From positions 1 to 59,077 of the forward strand of contig JAMCUI010000020.1 in NCBI GenBank assembly GCA_023379265.1: DNA of 59,077 nucleotides. Reading direction: 5' to 3'. The notes beneath the pieces were generated by a model that had not been told where the DNA came from, made no database searches, and was given only the letters and a program-made list of their open reading frames with translations. The DNA comes from Patescibacteria group bacterium (lineage in GTDB: Bacteria > Patescibacteriota > Microgenomatia > 2-02-FULL-39-11). Of this stretch, positions 28,617 through 38,431 are shown in pieces; within the stretch, counting starts at the first letter, position 1; every line of letters begins with the position of its first letter. The position numbers and the translations under genes were made by a program.

Positions 28617-30320
28617 ATGGAACACCCGACAGAAGAACACGGACATTCAAATGCGCCACAGCTGGATACACATGCTGCCGGCGGCGGCGAACATGTTTCT
28701 TCCCATGAAGAAGAAAGTGGAGAAGTCATTGAGTTATCAAAATACTCCAAAGCTTTACTAAAAAGCTGGGAGGAGGGTCATACCAAGCCTTCCCTCTCCT
28801 CCACTAAAATTTCCGTCTCGCAGACAGTTTCTTTTCTTGCATTTCTGTATGAAAAGATGAGGAACGCCATAGAATTCCAGGAAGATAACCTCATCAGGAA
28901 AGCAGCAATAGAGCGAATCATAAAGCGTCGTATGCTTTTGAATGAAAACGGTAGAAATATTGCCGAGCTTCTGATAAAAGAACTTCTTTGGGCACGCTAT
29001 TATGAAAACAATACATTGGGAGAGGAAAAAATTCCCGAAATTCAAGCCATAATAGACAAATATTTCTTCCTGAGAAACGAAATTGCTTCCGGACGCTCTG
29101 GAAAAGAGCAGGAAAAAATAGGTCAATTTATGATAGAAGTCCTTTCCTGTGAAATAGAGGAAAATTTATCACCGAACCCTAGGCTTGAAGCTCTGACTGA
29201 TTACACCTACCAGATTTTACGGCCCTCCGTAGCTCCATTTGACGATGACAGTCTGACACGTGACATACAGGTATATATTGCTGTTGAGCGAACATTCGCA
29301 CATAGTGATGATTCTCTTATCCGCTATCATCTATTAAAACTCATGCTTCCGGAAATCACCCAAATCAGCTGGAAAGAAGGCGAGAAAATATTGCCTAGGT
29401 TGTTTGACATCTATGAAGACATAGAAAAGAACCTTCGTTTTCCTTTTGCAGATAAAATCAGGAATTTCATACGGAAACAAATCCCTCCGTTTATGATCCT
29501 GCAGGACTTGTTTAACCAGAACCCGCGGACAATGTCCAAGATACTATCTGACGAGACCAAATTGAAAAGCAAAGTGGATGAAGCCTGCCGTAAACGTTAT
29601 GAGGAAACAAAGGATAGACTGCGCCGAACTGGCATCCGATCCTTTATTTATATTATTCTCACCAAAGTAGTCTTTGCCTTCATACTGGAAATACCTTATG
29701 ACCTTTATATAGAAAAATCAATCTCCTACATTCCCATCATCATAAACGTCATATTTCCACCGGCTCTTATGGCGGTAATTATCCTTTCAGTCACCGTTCC
29801 CGGAGACGAAAATACAAGAAAGATATTTAATCTACTGAAGGGTATCATTACAGTCGACCCGGAGGACCCTGATATGATCAAAAAAGGCATAGTACTGGGT
29901 AAAAAACTGAAACCAAGAAGTTTTGCCTTTACTGCCATGTTCTCACTGATTTACCTTCTGACTTACCTTCTTTCATTCGGCACTATCATTTATATACTGA
30001 CCAAACTCCACTTCAACCCGGTCAGCCAGACAATATTCATATTCTTTGTCACGCTCGTAACATTCTTTGCATTTAAGGTTACCAGTATTACTGGAGAATA
30101 TCTGGTGGTAGACAAAGATGGACCTATGGCTCCGATCGTAGATATATTTTTCCTGCCTGTCATGCGCGTCGGACAATGGCTGTCCGGGGAGGTGCTGACA
30201 AAATTTAATGTATTCAAATTCTTTTTTGACTTTATCATAGAGATGCCTCTCAAAGCCATAGTTGAGGTGATAGATGAATGGGCCCATTTCGTTAAGCTGA
30301 AGAAAGAAGAGATAGTATAA
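28617..30320 (+). CDS. Large hypothetical membrane protein (cytoplasmic N-domain, multi-TM C-domain)
   Basis: 567-aa ORF from ATG 28617; YEKMRNAIEFQEDNLIRKAAIERIIKRR; C-terminal TM helices. Confidence 0.8.
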   Translation: MEHPTEEHGHSNAPQLDTHAAGGGEHVSSHEEESGEVIELSKYSKALLKSWEEGHTKPSLSSTKISVSQTVSFLAFLYEKMRNAIEFQEDNLIRKAAIERIIKRRMLLNENGRNIAELLIKELLWARYYENNTLGEEKIPEIQAIIDKYFFLRNEIASGRSGKEQEKIGQFMIEVLSCEIEENLSPNPRLEALTDYTYQILRPSVAPFDDDSLTRDIQVYIAVERTFAHSDDSLIRYHLLKLMLPEITQISWKEGEKILPRLFDIYEDIEKNLRFPFADKIRNFIRKQIPPFMILQDLFNQNPRTMSKILSDETKLKSKVDEACRKRYEETKDRLRRTGIRSFIYIILTKVVFAFILEIPYDLYIEKSISYIPIIINVIFPPALMAVIILSVTVPGDENTRKIFNLLKGIITVDPEDPDMIKKGIVLGKKLKPRSFAFTAMFSLIYLLTYLLSFGTIIYILTKLHFNPVSQTIFIFFVTLVTFFAFKVTSITGEYLVVDKDGPMAPIVDIFFLPVMRVGQWLSGEVLTKFNVFKFFFDFIIEMPLKAIVEVIDEWAHFVKLKKEEIV

Positions 30321-30466
30321 AAGTTTTATCAGCTGAATCTTAGAAGTATAGTACGGGCCCATTTCGTTAAGCTGAAGAAAGAAGAGATAGTATAAAAGTT
30401 TTATCAGCTGAATCTTAGAAGTATAGTACGGGCCCATTTCGTTAAGCTGAAGAAAGAAGAGATAGT
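30280..30466 (+). repeat. 75-bp tandem repeat (2.5 copies) of a gene 3' end, between convergent genes
   Basis: gggcccatttcgttaagctgaagaaagaagagatagt at 30280, 30355 and 30430, with identical 38-bp linkers. Confidence 0.9.
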
Positions 30467-32266
30467 CTAAGTATTTTTATATAAATCAAAAAAAATTTCC
30501 TGAGGCAAATCCACGTTCCCCACAGACCTCATCTTTTTCTTTCCTTTTTTTTGTGCTTCAAGAAGCTTATCTTTCCTCGTCCTGTCTCCTCCATAAAGTT
30601 TTTGGGTGACGTCCTTCCTGAATGACTTTACATCCGATCTTGCTACAACTTTACCGCCTATAGCAGCTTGGATAGGTATCTGAAACTGATGGCGGGGAAT
30701 AAGCTCCTTTAATCGGGATACCATTTTTTCCGCGACATTCTGCACTTTTTCCCGGACTACAATTTGTGCAAATGCGTCAACCTTTTTATGGTTTATGAGA
30801 ATATCAACTTTTACTGCATCCACTTTCCTCATCTCATAAAATTCATAGTCCAGGCTGGCATAACCGGAGGTTTGTGATTTGAGACCGTCAAAAAAATCAA
30901 CTATCATCTCTGAAAGCGGAATAAGGTATGTAAATTTCGCCTGGCTTCCGATATATTCCAAATTGACATATTCTGCTCTCTTTGTTTCGCAAAGTTGCAT
31001 GACATTCCCCACATATTCAGAAGGTGAGTAGATGGTAGTATACATGAGCGGCTCTTTTATCTCCTTTATCTGGGATGGGTCGGGAAAATCATCAGGCGTA
31101 TGCACATTTTTTATTTCTCCAGTAACTATCACGATTCCATACTCTACAGTGGGAGCGGTAGCAATTACATTCAAAAGGAATTCCTTTTCCAGCCTTTCCC
31201 TTATGATATCGGCATGCAATAACCCCAAAAAGCCACAAAGATATCCTTTCCCCAAAGCCAGGGATGAATGCAATTTATAGGTGAATGAGCTGTCTGACAA
31301 ATGTAATTTCTCAAGTGACTCCCTCAAGATGAGGAAATCATTGCTGTCGGTTGGGTAAAGTGAGAGATACACCATTGGCTTTGGCTCTTTGTAACCGGGC
31401 AAAGGCTCCGTATTTTGGTTCACAGCCGATACCGTATCACCGACTCTAGCCAAAGATAGATCTTTGAGACCGGTTGATATATATCCCACTTCCCCGGTAG
31501 ACAGTTTACCGGTTGTTTTCATTTCAGGAGTAAAAACACCTATGTCCACAGGGTGAAAAACTGCTTTGGAAGCCATAAACCGAAATTGTGCCTGCTCGAC
31601 TATCCCATCGACTATTTTTACAAATATCACCACTCCCTTATGGATGTCATAAACCGAGGAAAATACCAACGCTTTGACCGGATCGGTTTCACTTCCGCCC
31701 GGAGCAGGAATCCTTTCTATTACTGCACCCAACACTTTGTCTATATTGGTACCGCTTTTTGCCGATATTTCGATCATTTCCTCCTTATCAAATCCGAAGA
31801 GTTGTGAAAGCGCGGATTTTGTCTCTTCAATCTTTGCAGTCGGAAGGTCAATCTTGTTTATGACAGGTATCACTTTTAGGTTTTTATCCTTTATCAGCGC
31901 CATATGAGCTACAGTTTGGGCTTGTATACCCTGTGTGGCGTCTACTACAAGGATGATCCCTTCACAAGCTGCCAGAGACCTCGATACTTCATAGGAAAAA
32001 TCCACATGTCCCGGTGTATCGATAAGGTTTAGTATGTATTCCTCTCCGTTTGACATATATTTCATTCTGACCGGAGCAAGCTTTATAGTGATACCCCTCT
32101 CCCTCTCGATAGGATTGCTGTCTAGCACCTGCTCTTTCATAAGACGGGGTTCAATAGTTCCCGTGGCTTCAAGCAATCTGTCTGCCAGGGTGCTTTTACC
32201 GTGGTCAATATGTGCTACGATGGCAAAATTTCTGGTATATTTCTGGTTGTCCATAGAATAATCCAT
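30467..32266 (-). CDS. lepA: Elongation factor 4 (LepA)
   Basis: AHIDHGKSTLADR, ERERGITIK, DTPGHVDF, GFLGLLH, KLYGGDRTRKDKLLE. Confidence 0.97.
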   Translation of the reverse strand: MDYSMDNQKYTRNFAIVAHIDHGKSTLADRLLEATGTIEPRLMKEQVLDSNPIERERGITIKLAPVRMKYMSNGEEYILNLIDTPGHVDFSYEVSRSLAACEGIILVVDATQGIQAQTVAHMALIKDKNLKVIPVINKIDLPTAKIEETKSALSQLFGFDKEEMIEISAKSGTNIDKVLGAVIERIPAPGGSETDPVKALVFSSVYDIHKGVVIFVKIVDGIVEQAQFRFMASKAVFHPVDIGVFTPEMKTTGKLSTGEVGYISTGLKDLSLARVGDTVSAVNQNTEPLPGYKEPKPMVYLSLYPTDSNDFLILRESLEKLHLSDSSFTYKLHSSLALGKGYLCGFLGLLHADIIRERLEKEFLLNVIATAPTVEYGIVIVTGEIKNVHTPDDFPDPSQIKEIKEPLMYTTIYSPSEYVGNVMQLCETKRAEYVNLEYIGSQAKFTYLIPLSEMIVDFFDGLKSQTSGYASLDYEFYEMRKVDAVKVDILINHKKVDAFAQIVVREKVQNVAEKMVSRLKELIPRHQFQIPIQAAIGGKVVARSDVKSFRKDVTQKLYGGDRTRKDKLLEAQKKGKKKMRSVGNVDLPQEIFFDLYKNT

Positions 32267-32340
32267 ATTATATAGTAAAAATGCTATAATCGGAGATGGT
32301 CAAATGCGTCGCGTCTAACGCGACAGCCACGTTTGACGTG

Positions 32341-32413
32341 GCGCTCGTAGCTTAACGGATAAAGCACTTGTCTTCGGAACAAGGGATTGGGTGTTCGAAT
32401 CACCCCGAGCGCG
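32341..32413 (+). tRNA. tRNA-Arg(TCG)
   Basis: GCGCTCG/CGAGCGC-G acceptor; CTTGT-CTTCGGA-ACAAG anticodon arm. Confidence 0.9.
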
Positions 32414-32448
32414 CCCAGTAAATTTCTGAAGAAATTTACTGGGTAAAC
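32414..32448 (-). repeat. GTTTA-tagged hairpin, copy C (left flank of the GIY-YIG gene)
   Basis: cccagtaaatttc-tgaa-gaaatttactggg-taaac: perfect 13-bp stem starting at the base after the tRNA discriminator. Confidence 0.85.
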
Positions 32449-32458
32449 AGTTTAATAT

Positions 32459-32710
32459 ATGTGGTATTTGTATATTGTAAAATGCAATGATAACTCTTTA
32501 TACACAGGTATAACTACTGATCTAAAAAGAAGGGAAATTGAACACAACACAGATAACAAACGGGGAGCCAAATCTCTTCGTGGAAAACGTCCTGTAACAA
32601 TGGTATATTATGAAACATACTTTTCCCAGTCTGAAGCAAGAAAACGTGAAGCTCAAATTAAGAAATGGAGTACAAGTTATAAGTGGAAATTGATAAGTCC
32701 TAAATACTAA
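32459..32710 (+). CDS. Stand-alone GIY-YIG nuclease (YhbQ/YazA, UPF0213)
   Basis: WYLYIVKCNDNSLYTGITTDLKRREIEHN...GAK..R..RPV...E......A.KRE..IKK. Confidence 0.92.
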   Translation: MWYLYIVKCNDNSLYTGITTDLKRREIEHNTDNKRGAKSLRGKRPVTMVYYETYFSQSEARKREAQIKKWSTSYKWKLISPKY

Positions 32711-32727
32711 AAAGTTAATATTACTGG

Positions 32728-32762
32728 GTTTACCCAGTAAAATTGGTCGCAATTTTACTGGG
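32728..32762 (+). repeat. GTTTA-tagged hairpin, copy D (right flank of the GIY-YIG gene)
   Basis: gttta-cccagtaaaattg-gtcg-caattttactggg; the final GGG is the 5' end of tRNA-Lys; preceded by a residual half site ttactgg. Confidence 0.85.
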
Positions 32763-32832
32763 CCGCTAGCTCAATTGGCAGAGCAATTCCCTCTTAAGGA
32801 ATCGGTTCCGAGTTCGACTCTCGGGCGGCTCA
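32760..32832 (+). tRNA. tRNA-Lys(CTT)
   Basis: GGGCCGC/GCGGCTC-A acceptor; ATTCC-CTCTTAA-GGAAT anticodon arm. Confidence 0.92.
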
Positions 32833-32968
32833 CAAACTGGTAACGAAACTGGTAAAAATCATCACTTAGCCGATACATGGCTCCATTTTATGGGTTCCAA
32901 AAACGATACAGTTAGCTCTCACAAACTGTCATACAGTTACAAGTAAGGCTTGATACTTAAAGGGAAAA

Positions 32969-33736
32969 CTAAAGAAGATCCAATTTCAGATTTCTGATCA
33001 TATCCTGAGTAACTTTAGTTAAAACCAAGCCGTCCTTAAAATTGGTCAAAATCTGGTCTGGAGTTATATCTGCATAGAGTACAGCAACACCTCTCTCTTC
33101 TAAATACTTTAACCGCTCGAGATTCAGTCTGGTTCGAATATCTTGATAGGAAGCTTTTCCAAGAAATCTTTTTACTAACTTGCCGTATGCTTTGTTTAAA
33201 TAGCGGAGGATTAGATTCTCTGTGACCAAAGGTATGGTTGGAGTATCAATTTCATATTTAGTTCTAAATAGTGCCACTACTCGTTTTGGGGATGCCATTG
33301 CTTCTATCAAATCGGTGTTTGAATTTCCCAACGCAACTGCCAAATCACCTTCAGACAATGTATCTCTACCTTGAGGATGGGTATGGAATGATAAAAAAGC
33401 TCTCTCTCCGATTGCTGCCCTCAGTCTCCGTTTTAATTCTCCGGTTTTGCTAGTACCAGATTCCGAGCCTATTGATATATCAGATTTTACAAAGTTGCCT
33501 TTTTGAAAAAAGACATTTTGATCTCGTTCACGATGCTTCGGATCCTCAGAAGTTAACTTAACTACATATCCCAAATCGCCAATTACCTCCCGCGGCAGTC
33601 TCACATGATGAGGTACTTCACTAGGACTTCGAGGAAATTCCCTTAAACCCAAAATTGAAGTATATTGACTAAATACATCTTTGGGTTTAGCTGAATCTAT
33701 ACGCGGTATATAAGGGAGTTCCCGTGCATCAAGCAT
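32969..33736 (-). CDS. Hypothetical protein with a JAB/MPN+-like metallopeptidase motif
   Basis: FHTHPQGRDTLSEGD fits HxHP-x-S-x2-D, with an upstream Glu candidate (HRER). Confidence 0.55.
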   Translation of the reverse strand: MLDARELPYIPRIDSAKPKDVFSQYTSILGLREFPRSPSEVPHHVRLPREVIGDLGYVVKLTSEDPKHRERDQNVFFQKGNFVKSDISIGSESGTSKTGELKRRLRAAIGERAFLSFHTHPQGRDTLSEGDLAVALGNSNTDLIEAMASPKRVVALFRTKYEIDTPTIPLVTENLILRYLNKAYGKLVKRFLGKASYQDIRTRLNLERLKYLEERGVAVLYADITPDQILTNFKDGLVLTKVTQDMIRNLKLDLL

Positions 33737-33958
33737 AACTTTTCAGTGAAAACTAAAAAGTGATAATTTTCTTATCTTATACGTATCATTTATAGGTTAC
33801 AACTTTTTTACATAGTTTTCAGTCAAATCGGAAAAGAATTTTATAGGGAGAATATCAATCAAAGGGTTAAGGGGTAAGCCTTCCCTGGTACAATGGGTTT
33901 TGGACAACCTTTCTCCAGGCGTTTAAGGAATTTTGAGAAGAGTCAACAGCCCAGTTTA

Positions 33959-34377
33959 TTATTGCTTTACCCGGTTTTTGCGGATTTGTATCGCTTGGAC
34001 CATTGAACCAGTTAACAGTTTAACACCAGGAAACTGCTGGGGAATTGCGGTCAAAAACCCTTGAGTTATCCAATTGGCCTTAGTCATGGAATTATTCGGG
34101 TCTTCCGTAGCTCCCACTTCATAAAAAGCTATCGGTTTATGGGAGATAGACTTAAGGAAATTATAGCTGGGTCCAAAAACATCCTGTAAAGATCTATTGG
34201 GCGTTGCCGCCAAATTGCTATAACCATCCAGAGCAACCCGGTCAACATAGCCGTCTCCGGGATAAAGTTGTTTAAGAGTATCTCCATATTGGTTAATTCT
34301 GCCATTTTGGAATTATGTCTAAACAGTATGAAAAATCCCCCTAAAACCGCTATTACTGTCAATAAATATTTAGTCAT
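33959..34377 (-). pseudogene. Fragmented GH26 (beta-mannanase-like) gene
   Basis: Signal-like N-terminus in one frame; YPGDGYVDRVALDGY...KPIAFYEVGA...KANWI...FPGVK in another frame; most of the barrel is missing. Confidence 0.7.
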
Positions 34378-34422
34378 GTCTTTTTAGCTATTATTGTAAT
34401 ATAAATTACAATTATATACCTA

Positions 34423-35772
34423 TCAAAACTTGACATCAATCAGGCCGGGAAACCTGTTGTATAAATTAAGTATCAATTCCCCAAAAAGTGAGTTTGCCCA
34501 TGAAAACCAGTGCCTGGTAAATTTATGGGGATCGTCAATATCTATTGCCTCATGTATAAAAAAAGTGTTTGCGTGAGTATTTTTCAGAATTGAGAGACAA
34601 TGCCTTATCTCCTCCTCATTGTTTGATGTTATGGCCTGAATGATTGTCGACATAGGCCAAAACTTATCAACTACCCCCACGTGAGGCGATGTTATACCCG
34701 TTGCTATATTTCCTTTGGCAAAAAAAGGGTTGTGTTTACCTAATAAAAATTTTCTGGTATTTTGATAGACTACATTGTCTTCCCTCACGTACCCTATGTA
34801 CGGCAGGCTTAACAAACTGGGTACATTTGGGTCATCCATCAGGCAATATGATCCGAATCCGTCAACTTCATAGGCAAAAATTTCGCCAAATTGCCTGTGT
34901 TTTATGACTGAATACTCTTTTATCCCGCGGTCTATACTATGTGCCAGGCTTAAAGCCTTTTGTGACTCTTCATACGCCAAAACTTTCTCAAGAATTATAG
35001 AAATTTTCTTCAGGAAAACTGAAACCATAGCATTTGAGGAGGTGATATATGGGAAAACCGTCTCATCATCAGATGGCCTGAAAACCGAGCGCACCAACCC
35101 GCAATGTCTACCAGGATAGCCAAAACCGCTGAGTCTGACCGCGGGATGATGATGGCCCGATTTAGTCCTATATCCAAATAATAGGCTCAAATTTTCCTTT
35201 CTGAGAGTACTGCGCTCAAGCGTCAACACCTGGAGGCTTTTTTGGACTGCCTGTATCCAGTTTTCCCCAAATGGGTATAAATCACCAGTTTTCTCAAAAT
35301 ATCCGGCAGATAACCTGTAAAAAGAGCCAAGACTATCAAGTTCATACTTTTTTTCCCACACCGAACAATCTTTTTCGAAAGCATTGGCATAAGGGTCTTT
35401 CAGGACACACTTCACCTGGCGGTTAATCAGGCCAATAAAAAGGTTCCTCAACTCCTCATCACTTTTTATGAACGGTAAATACGGCCAGATTTGGTTGGTC
35501 GCGTCACGGAGCCACATCGCTGGTATATCCCCGGTGATTACAAATGAATCCTTATTTTTACCGTCACTATCCTCTGAGTAATATACTGTAGTATCCAGAG
35601 CGTTGGGAAAGCACTGCGAAAACATTCTTCTCAGATCCGGATCTTTTATCTCTCCTTCCAATTTTGCTGTTATGTCATCAATCGTCTTACTGCAAAACAA
35701 TCTTTCGTGTGGAGAAGGCCTCTCATGCAGATGTGAAAAGTTTATTATCTGGTCGCATTTCCGATAGGGCAT
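34423..35772 (-). CDS. GH125 exo-alpha-1,6-mannosidase
   Basis: [56 protein letters not shown]. Confidence 0.9.
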   Translation of the reverse strand: MPYRKCDQIINFSHLHERPSPHERLFCSKTIDDITAKLEGEIKDPDLRRMFSQCFPNALDTTVYYSEDSDGKNKDSFVITGDIPAMWLRDATNQIWPYLPFIKSDEELRNLFIGLINRQVKCVLKDPYANAFEKDCSVWEKKYELDSLGSFYRLSAGYFEKTGDLYPFGENWIQAVQKSLQVLTLERSTLRKENLSLLFGYRTKSGHHHPAVRLSGFGYPGRHCGLVRSVFRPSDDETVFPYITSSNAMVSVFLKKISIILEKVLAYEESQKALSLAHSIDRGIKEYSVIKHRQFGEIFAYEVDGFGSYCLMDDPNVPSLLSLPYIGYVREDNVVYQNTRKFLLGKHNPFFAKGNIATGITSPHVGVVDKFWPMSTIIQAITSNNEEEIRHCLSILKNTHANTFFIHEAIDIDDPHKFTRHWFSWANSLFGELILNLYNRFPGLIDVKF

Positions 35773-36123
35773 ATATTTATTATACTTTTTATTGTACTCA
35801 AGCCCAAGGCTATTTGACAGGGAAAGAGTACTTCTATTACAATTCTCCCCTGAAAGGAGAAATACTCCTGCTACTTGCGGCAGGTATGTCGTTTTCCTTT
35901 TAATTTTATTCTTGCACTTTGATATCTTGCAGAAAAATTAATTTTCTTTCGTAGTAATGGGGAGAAATATGTATATACCAATTAAAAATATCGATTACAT
36001 TTTTCTCCCCATTCCCTTCCCGGTGAAAACATATCTGGCTTAAAGAGGAAAGTTGGACATGGACTAACCTTTATCTGCTCACCGCAGAAGAAAAGGAAGG
36101 AGAGGAGACTAGAAGGGATATAA

Positions 36124-36342
36124 ATGGATGTTTACGTTGACTGGAACGATGGAAATGGAAAACATATCCTTCCAGTTCCAGCTGGAACTACGGTTTTCCG
36201 GTTGTACCAGCTTGCCGGTGGACATGATGGTCAAGCAATGCATTACCATGCCGACGTTGACCGCGAATCAATCACCAACTGGTCCAAAAAAGTTTTGAGG
36301 GCAGGGCAAACCGTCAGTTTCAAAAAACAACTTTCGGACTAA
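36124..36342 (+). CDS. Small protein with possible ubiquitin-like (MoaD/ThiS) beta-grasp pattern
   Basis: Purine-rich RBS region; VPAGTTVFRLY...VLRAGQTVSF spacing; no terminal GG. Confidence 0.5.
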   Translation: MDVYVDWNDGNGKHILPVPAGTTVFRLYQLAGGHDGQAMHYHADVDRESITNWSKKVLRAGQTVSFKKQLSD

Positions 36343-36496
36343 AATTCAACCGGCAGGTCCGATATTCTTTCATTCGGAGAAATGAAAGAAAGATAAACGA
36401 GCATTGGGATACTTAAAAGGTATTCTTTCCTCAACAACTCGTTGAAAATCCTGCCATATCTGTTTCGAAAAAATACCCTAACGAAAGGCGGACAAA

Positions 36497-36682
36497 ATGA
36501 ACGTAACAATTGAACCCGTAGTAAACGGGTTTGTCATCAAAGCTCTGGATGGTGAACACGCAAATGAATACGTCGCTCAAAAAGACGGCAAGTTCACATC
36601 AGATGTACTTTGGGCAAAATTGTTCACCCGCAAGTCGGATGCGGAAACGCATGCTCACGGTCATAACTGGACGATTAAGTAA
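36497..36682 (+). CDS. Small hypothetical protein (61 aa)
   Basis: RBS-like gaaaggcgg before the ATG; plausible globular composition. Confidence 0.5.
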   Translation: MNVTIEPVVNGFVIKALDGEHANEYVAQKDGKFTSDVLWAKLFTRKSDAETHAHGHNWTIK

Positions 36683-36864
36683 TCTACCTCCGACCTGCAA
36701 GTTACACAATGTTGCAAGAGCCCCACCCGCACTACCTGGGTGATTTCTACCGGAAGGTAGTTTTGCTTGGTTAGTGTGTGGGTTCTTGTTTTCAAAGATC
36801 TTTTTCCACCAAACTCCCATTTTCTTCTTGATAAAACCTATAACTTAAATTATAATTTCCTTTC

Positions 36865-38370
36865 ATGGCAAAAAGACTTTTCCAAAAACCCATTATGAAG
36901 CGCTCAGTAAGAAACTTAAAAAAAGTGCAAGTTCACGTACTATCACACAGTAGGGAAACCTATAAAAAAATACGGACGGAAATCAAGACAAGACTGAAAA
37001 CAAATCCTCTCCCGACATTTTTTACCATACTAGCTGCCATATTCATCCTTATTGTTGCCAGCAACTTTTTCACATCCCCAAAAACCACAGGAAACACTTC
37101 TTTGTCCACTGCAAAAGCGGTAACGGTTTATACCATCGGTTCTGCTCCTACAGTCACCTTAGAGGGACAGGTGGAGAAAAGCGGCGTAGTCACGATTGTT
37201 GCCCAATCTTCAGGCATTATACAAAAAATTTATAAAACAGAAGGGCAGGAAGTGGACAAGGGAAACTGGATTGCGTATCTCTCTACCAATTACCAGGGAG
37301 GCAATTTAGCTTCTTCACAAAGACAGCTTGCCCAAGTCCAGTACCAGAACATACTTGATACATACGACATGCAAAAAGGCCTTATTGGTAAGCAACGCGA
37401 TCTGGCAAGTAAAAATGCAGACAATTCTGATCAGTTGAGGGATATAGCATCACAATCAGTAAATGATACACAGAATCTTATAAACCTTGACCAGGATATA
37501 CTAAACTCACTAAATGGCACCATAAATAGCCTGTCACAGTCACCCAGTGCTTCAAACGACGCCATGATTGTCTCAACCAAGGAAATCGAAGCTCAGGTGA
37601 TGGCCGGACTCAACCAGGCTCAAAATCAGATAAAAACAGTCCAGTATCAGACGGACATTTCAAAATCAGCAGCCCAGATACCCGATTTACAAAAGGATAT
37701 CACCTTAAAACAACTCGATCTGCAGGAAAAAATGCTTGACCTGAATAGGGAAACGGCACGTATTCAACTTTCTCTTGCTCAAATATCAGAAGGAATGATG
37801 TACCCTTCTGCACCCTTCGCCGGAGTAATCCAAAAAATTTTTGTCAGAACTGGACAAATGGTAAATCCGGGGACTCCTATTGCCGTACTGTCCGCCAAAA
37901 ACCAACAATCAGCCAAAATCACTCTATACATGACCAAAGAATTATCAGTTCAAATTTCAAAGCTCCAGGATAGTAATATCCGTATCGGAAACGAAAATAT
38001 TCCAGCCAAACCTTTCTATATATCATCCGATCCTGTACAGGGGACTCTTTACGCCGTCACTTATCTTATTCCGCAGGAATATGTCAACAAAGTCACTGAT
38101 AAAGGTTATCTGGCAGTTGATGTCCCAATAGGTTATACCGACACGACATCCTCAGACCCCTTTATACCTATTGATGCTGTTTACCAGACATCGGATTCTT
38201 CCTATGTCTACATTGATAAAGACGGGAAAGCCGTAAGCCAACAGGTAAACCTCGGTATTATTTACGGCCGCTTCATAGAAGTGACAAAAGGATTATCCGA
38301 TAAAGATAAGATAATCCTGGACCGGACAGTCATCGATGGTGACCCGGTTACATTGGGTCGCAATCCTTAA
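36865..38370 (+). CDS. RND efflux membrane-fusion (adaptor) subunit, HlyD family
   Basis: TM anchor, lipoyl half-motifs (SGIIQKI...GQEV; APFAGVI...GQMV), long coiled coil, FIEVTKGL. Confidence 0.88.
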   Translation: MAKRLFQKPIMKRSVRNLKKVQVHVLSHSRETYKKIRTEIKTRLKTNPLPTFFTILAAIFILIVASNFFTSPKTTGNTSLSTAKAVTVYTIGSAPTVTLEGQVEKSGVVTIVAQSSGIIQKIYKTEGQEVDKGNWIAYLSTNYQGGNLASSQRQLAQVQYQNILDTYDMQKGLIGKQRDLASKNADNSDQLRDIASQSVNDTQNLINLDQDILNSLNGTINSLSQSPSASNDAMIVSTKEIEAQVMAGLNQAQNQIKTVQYQTDISKSAAQIPDLQKDITLKQLDLQEKMLDLNRETARIQLSLAQISEGMMYPSAPFAGVIQKIFVRTGQMVNPGTPIAVLSAKNQQSAKITLYMTKELSVQISKLQDSNIRIGNENIPAKPFYISSDPVQGTLYAVTYLIPQEYVNKVTDKGYLAVDVPIGYTDTTSSDPFIPIDAVYQTSDSSYVYIDKDGKAVSQQVNLGIIYGRFIEVTKGLSDKDKIILDRTVIDGDPVTLGRNP

Positions 38371-38431
38371 AAGAATTTTTTCTTCCTGCCTAAACCGTTT
38401 TTTCTATATTCTCACAACCCTGATTTACAAC

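Noticed and set aside
29973-30437. Minus-strand 154-aa ORF with a repeated N-terminus
   Set aside because: It is a by-product of the 75-bp repeat and lies antisense to a real gene.
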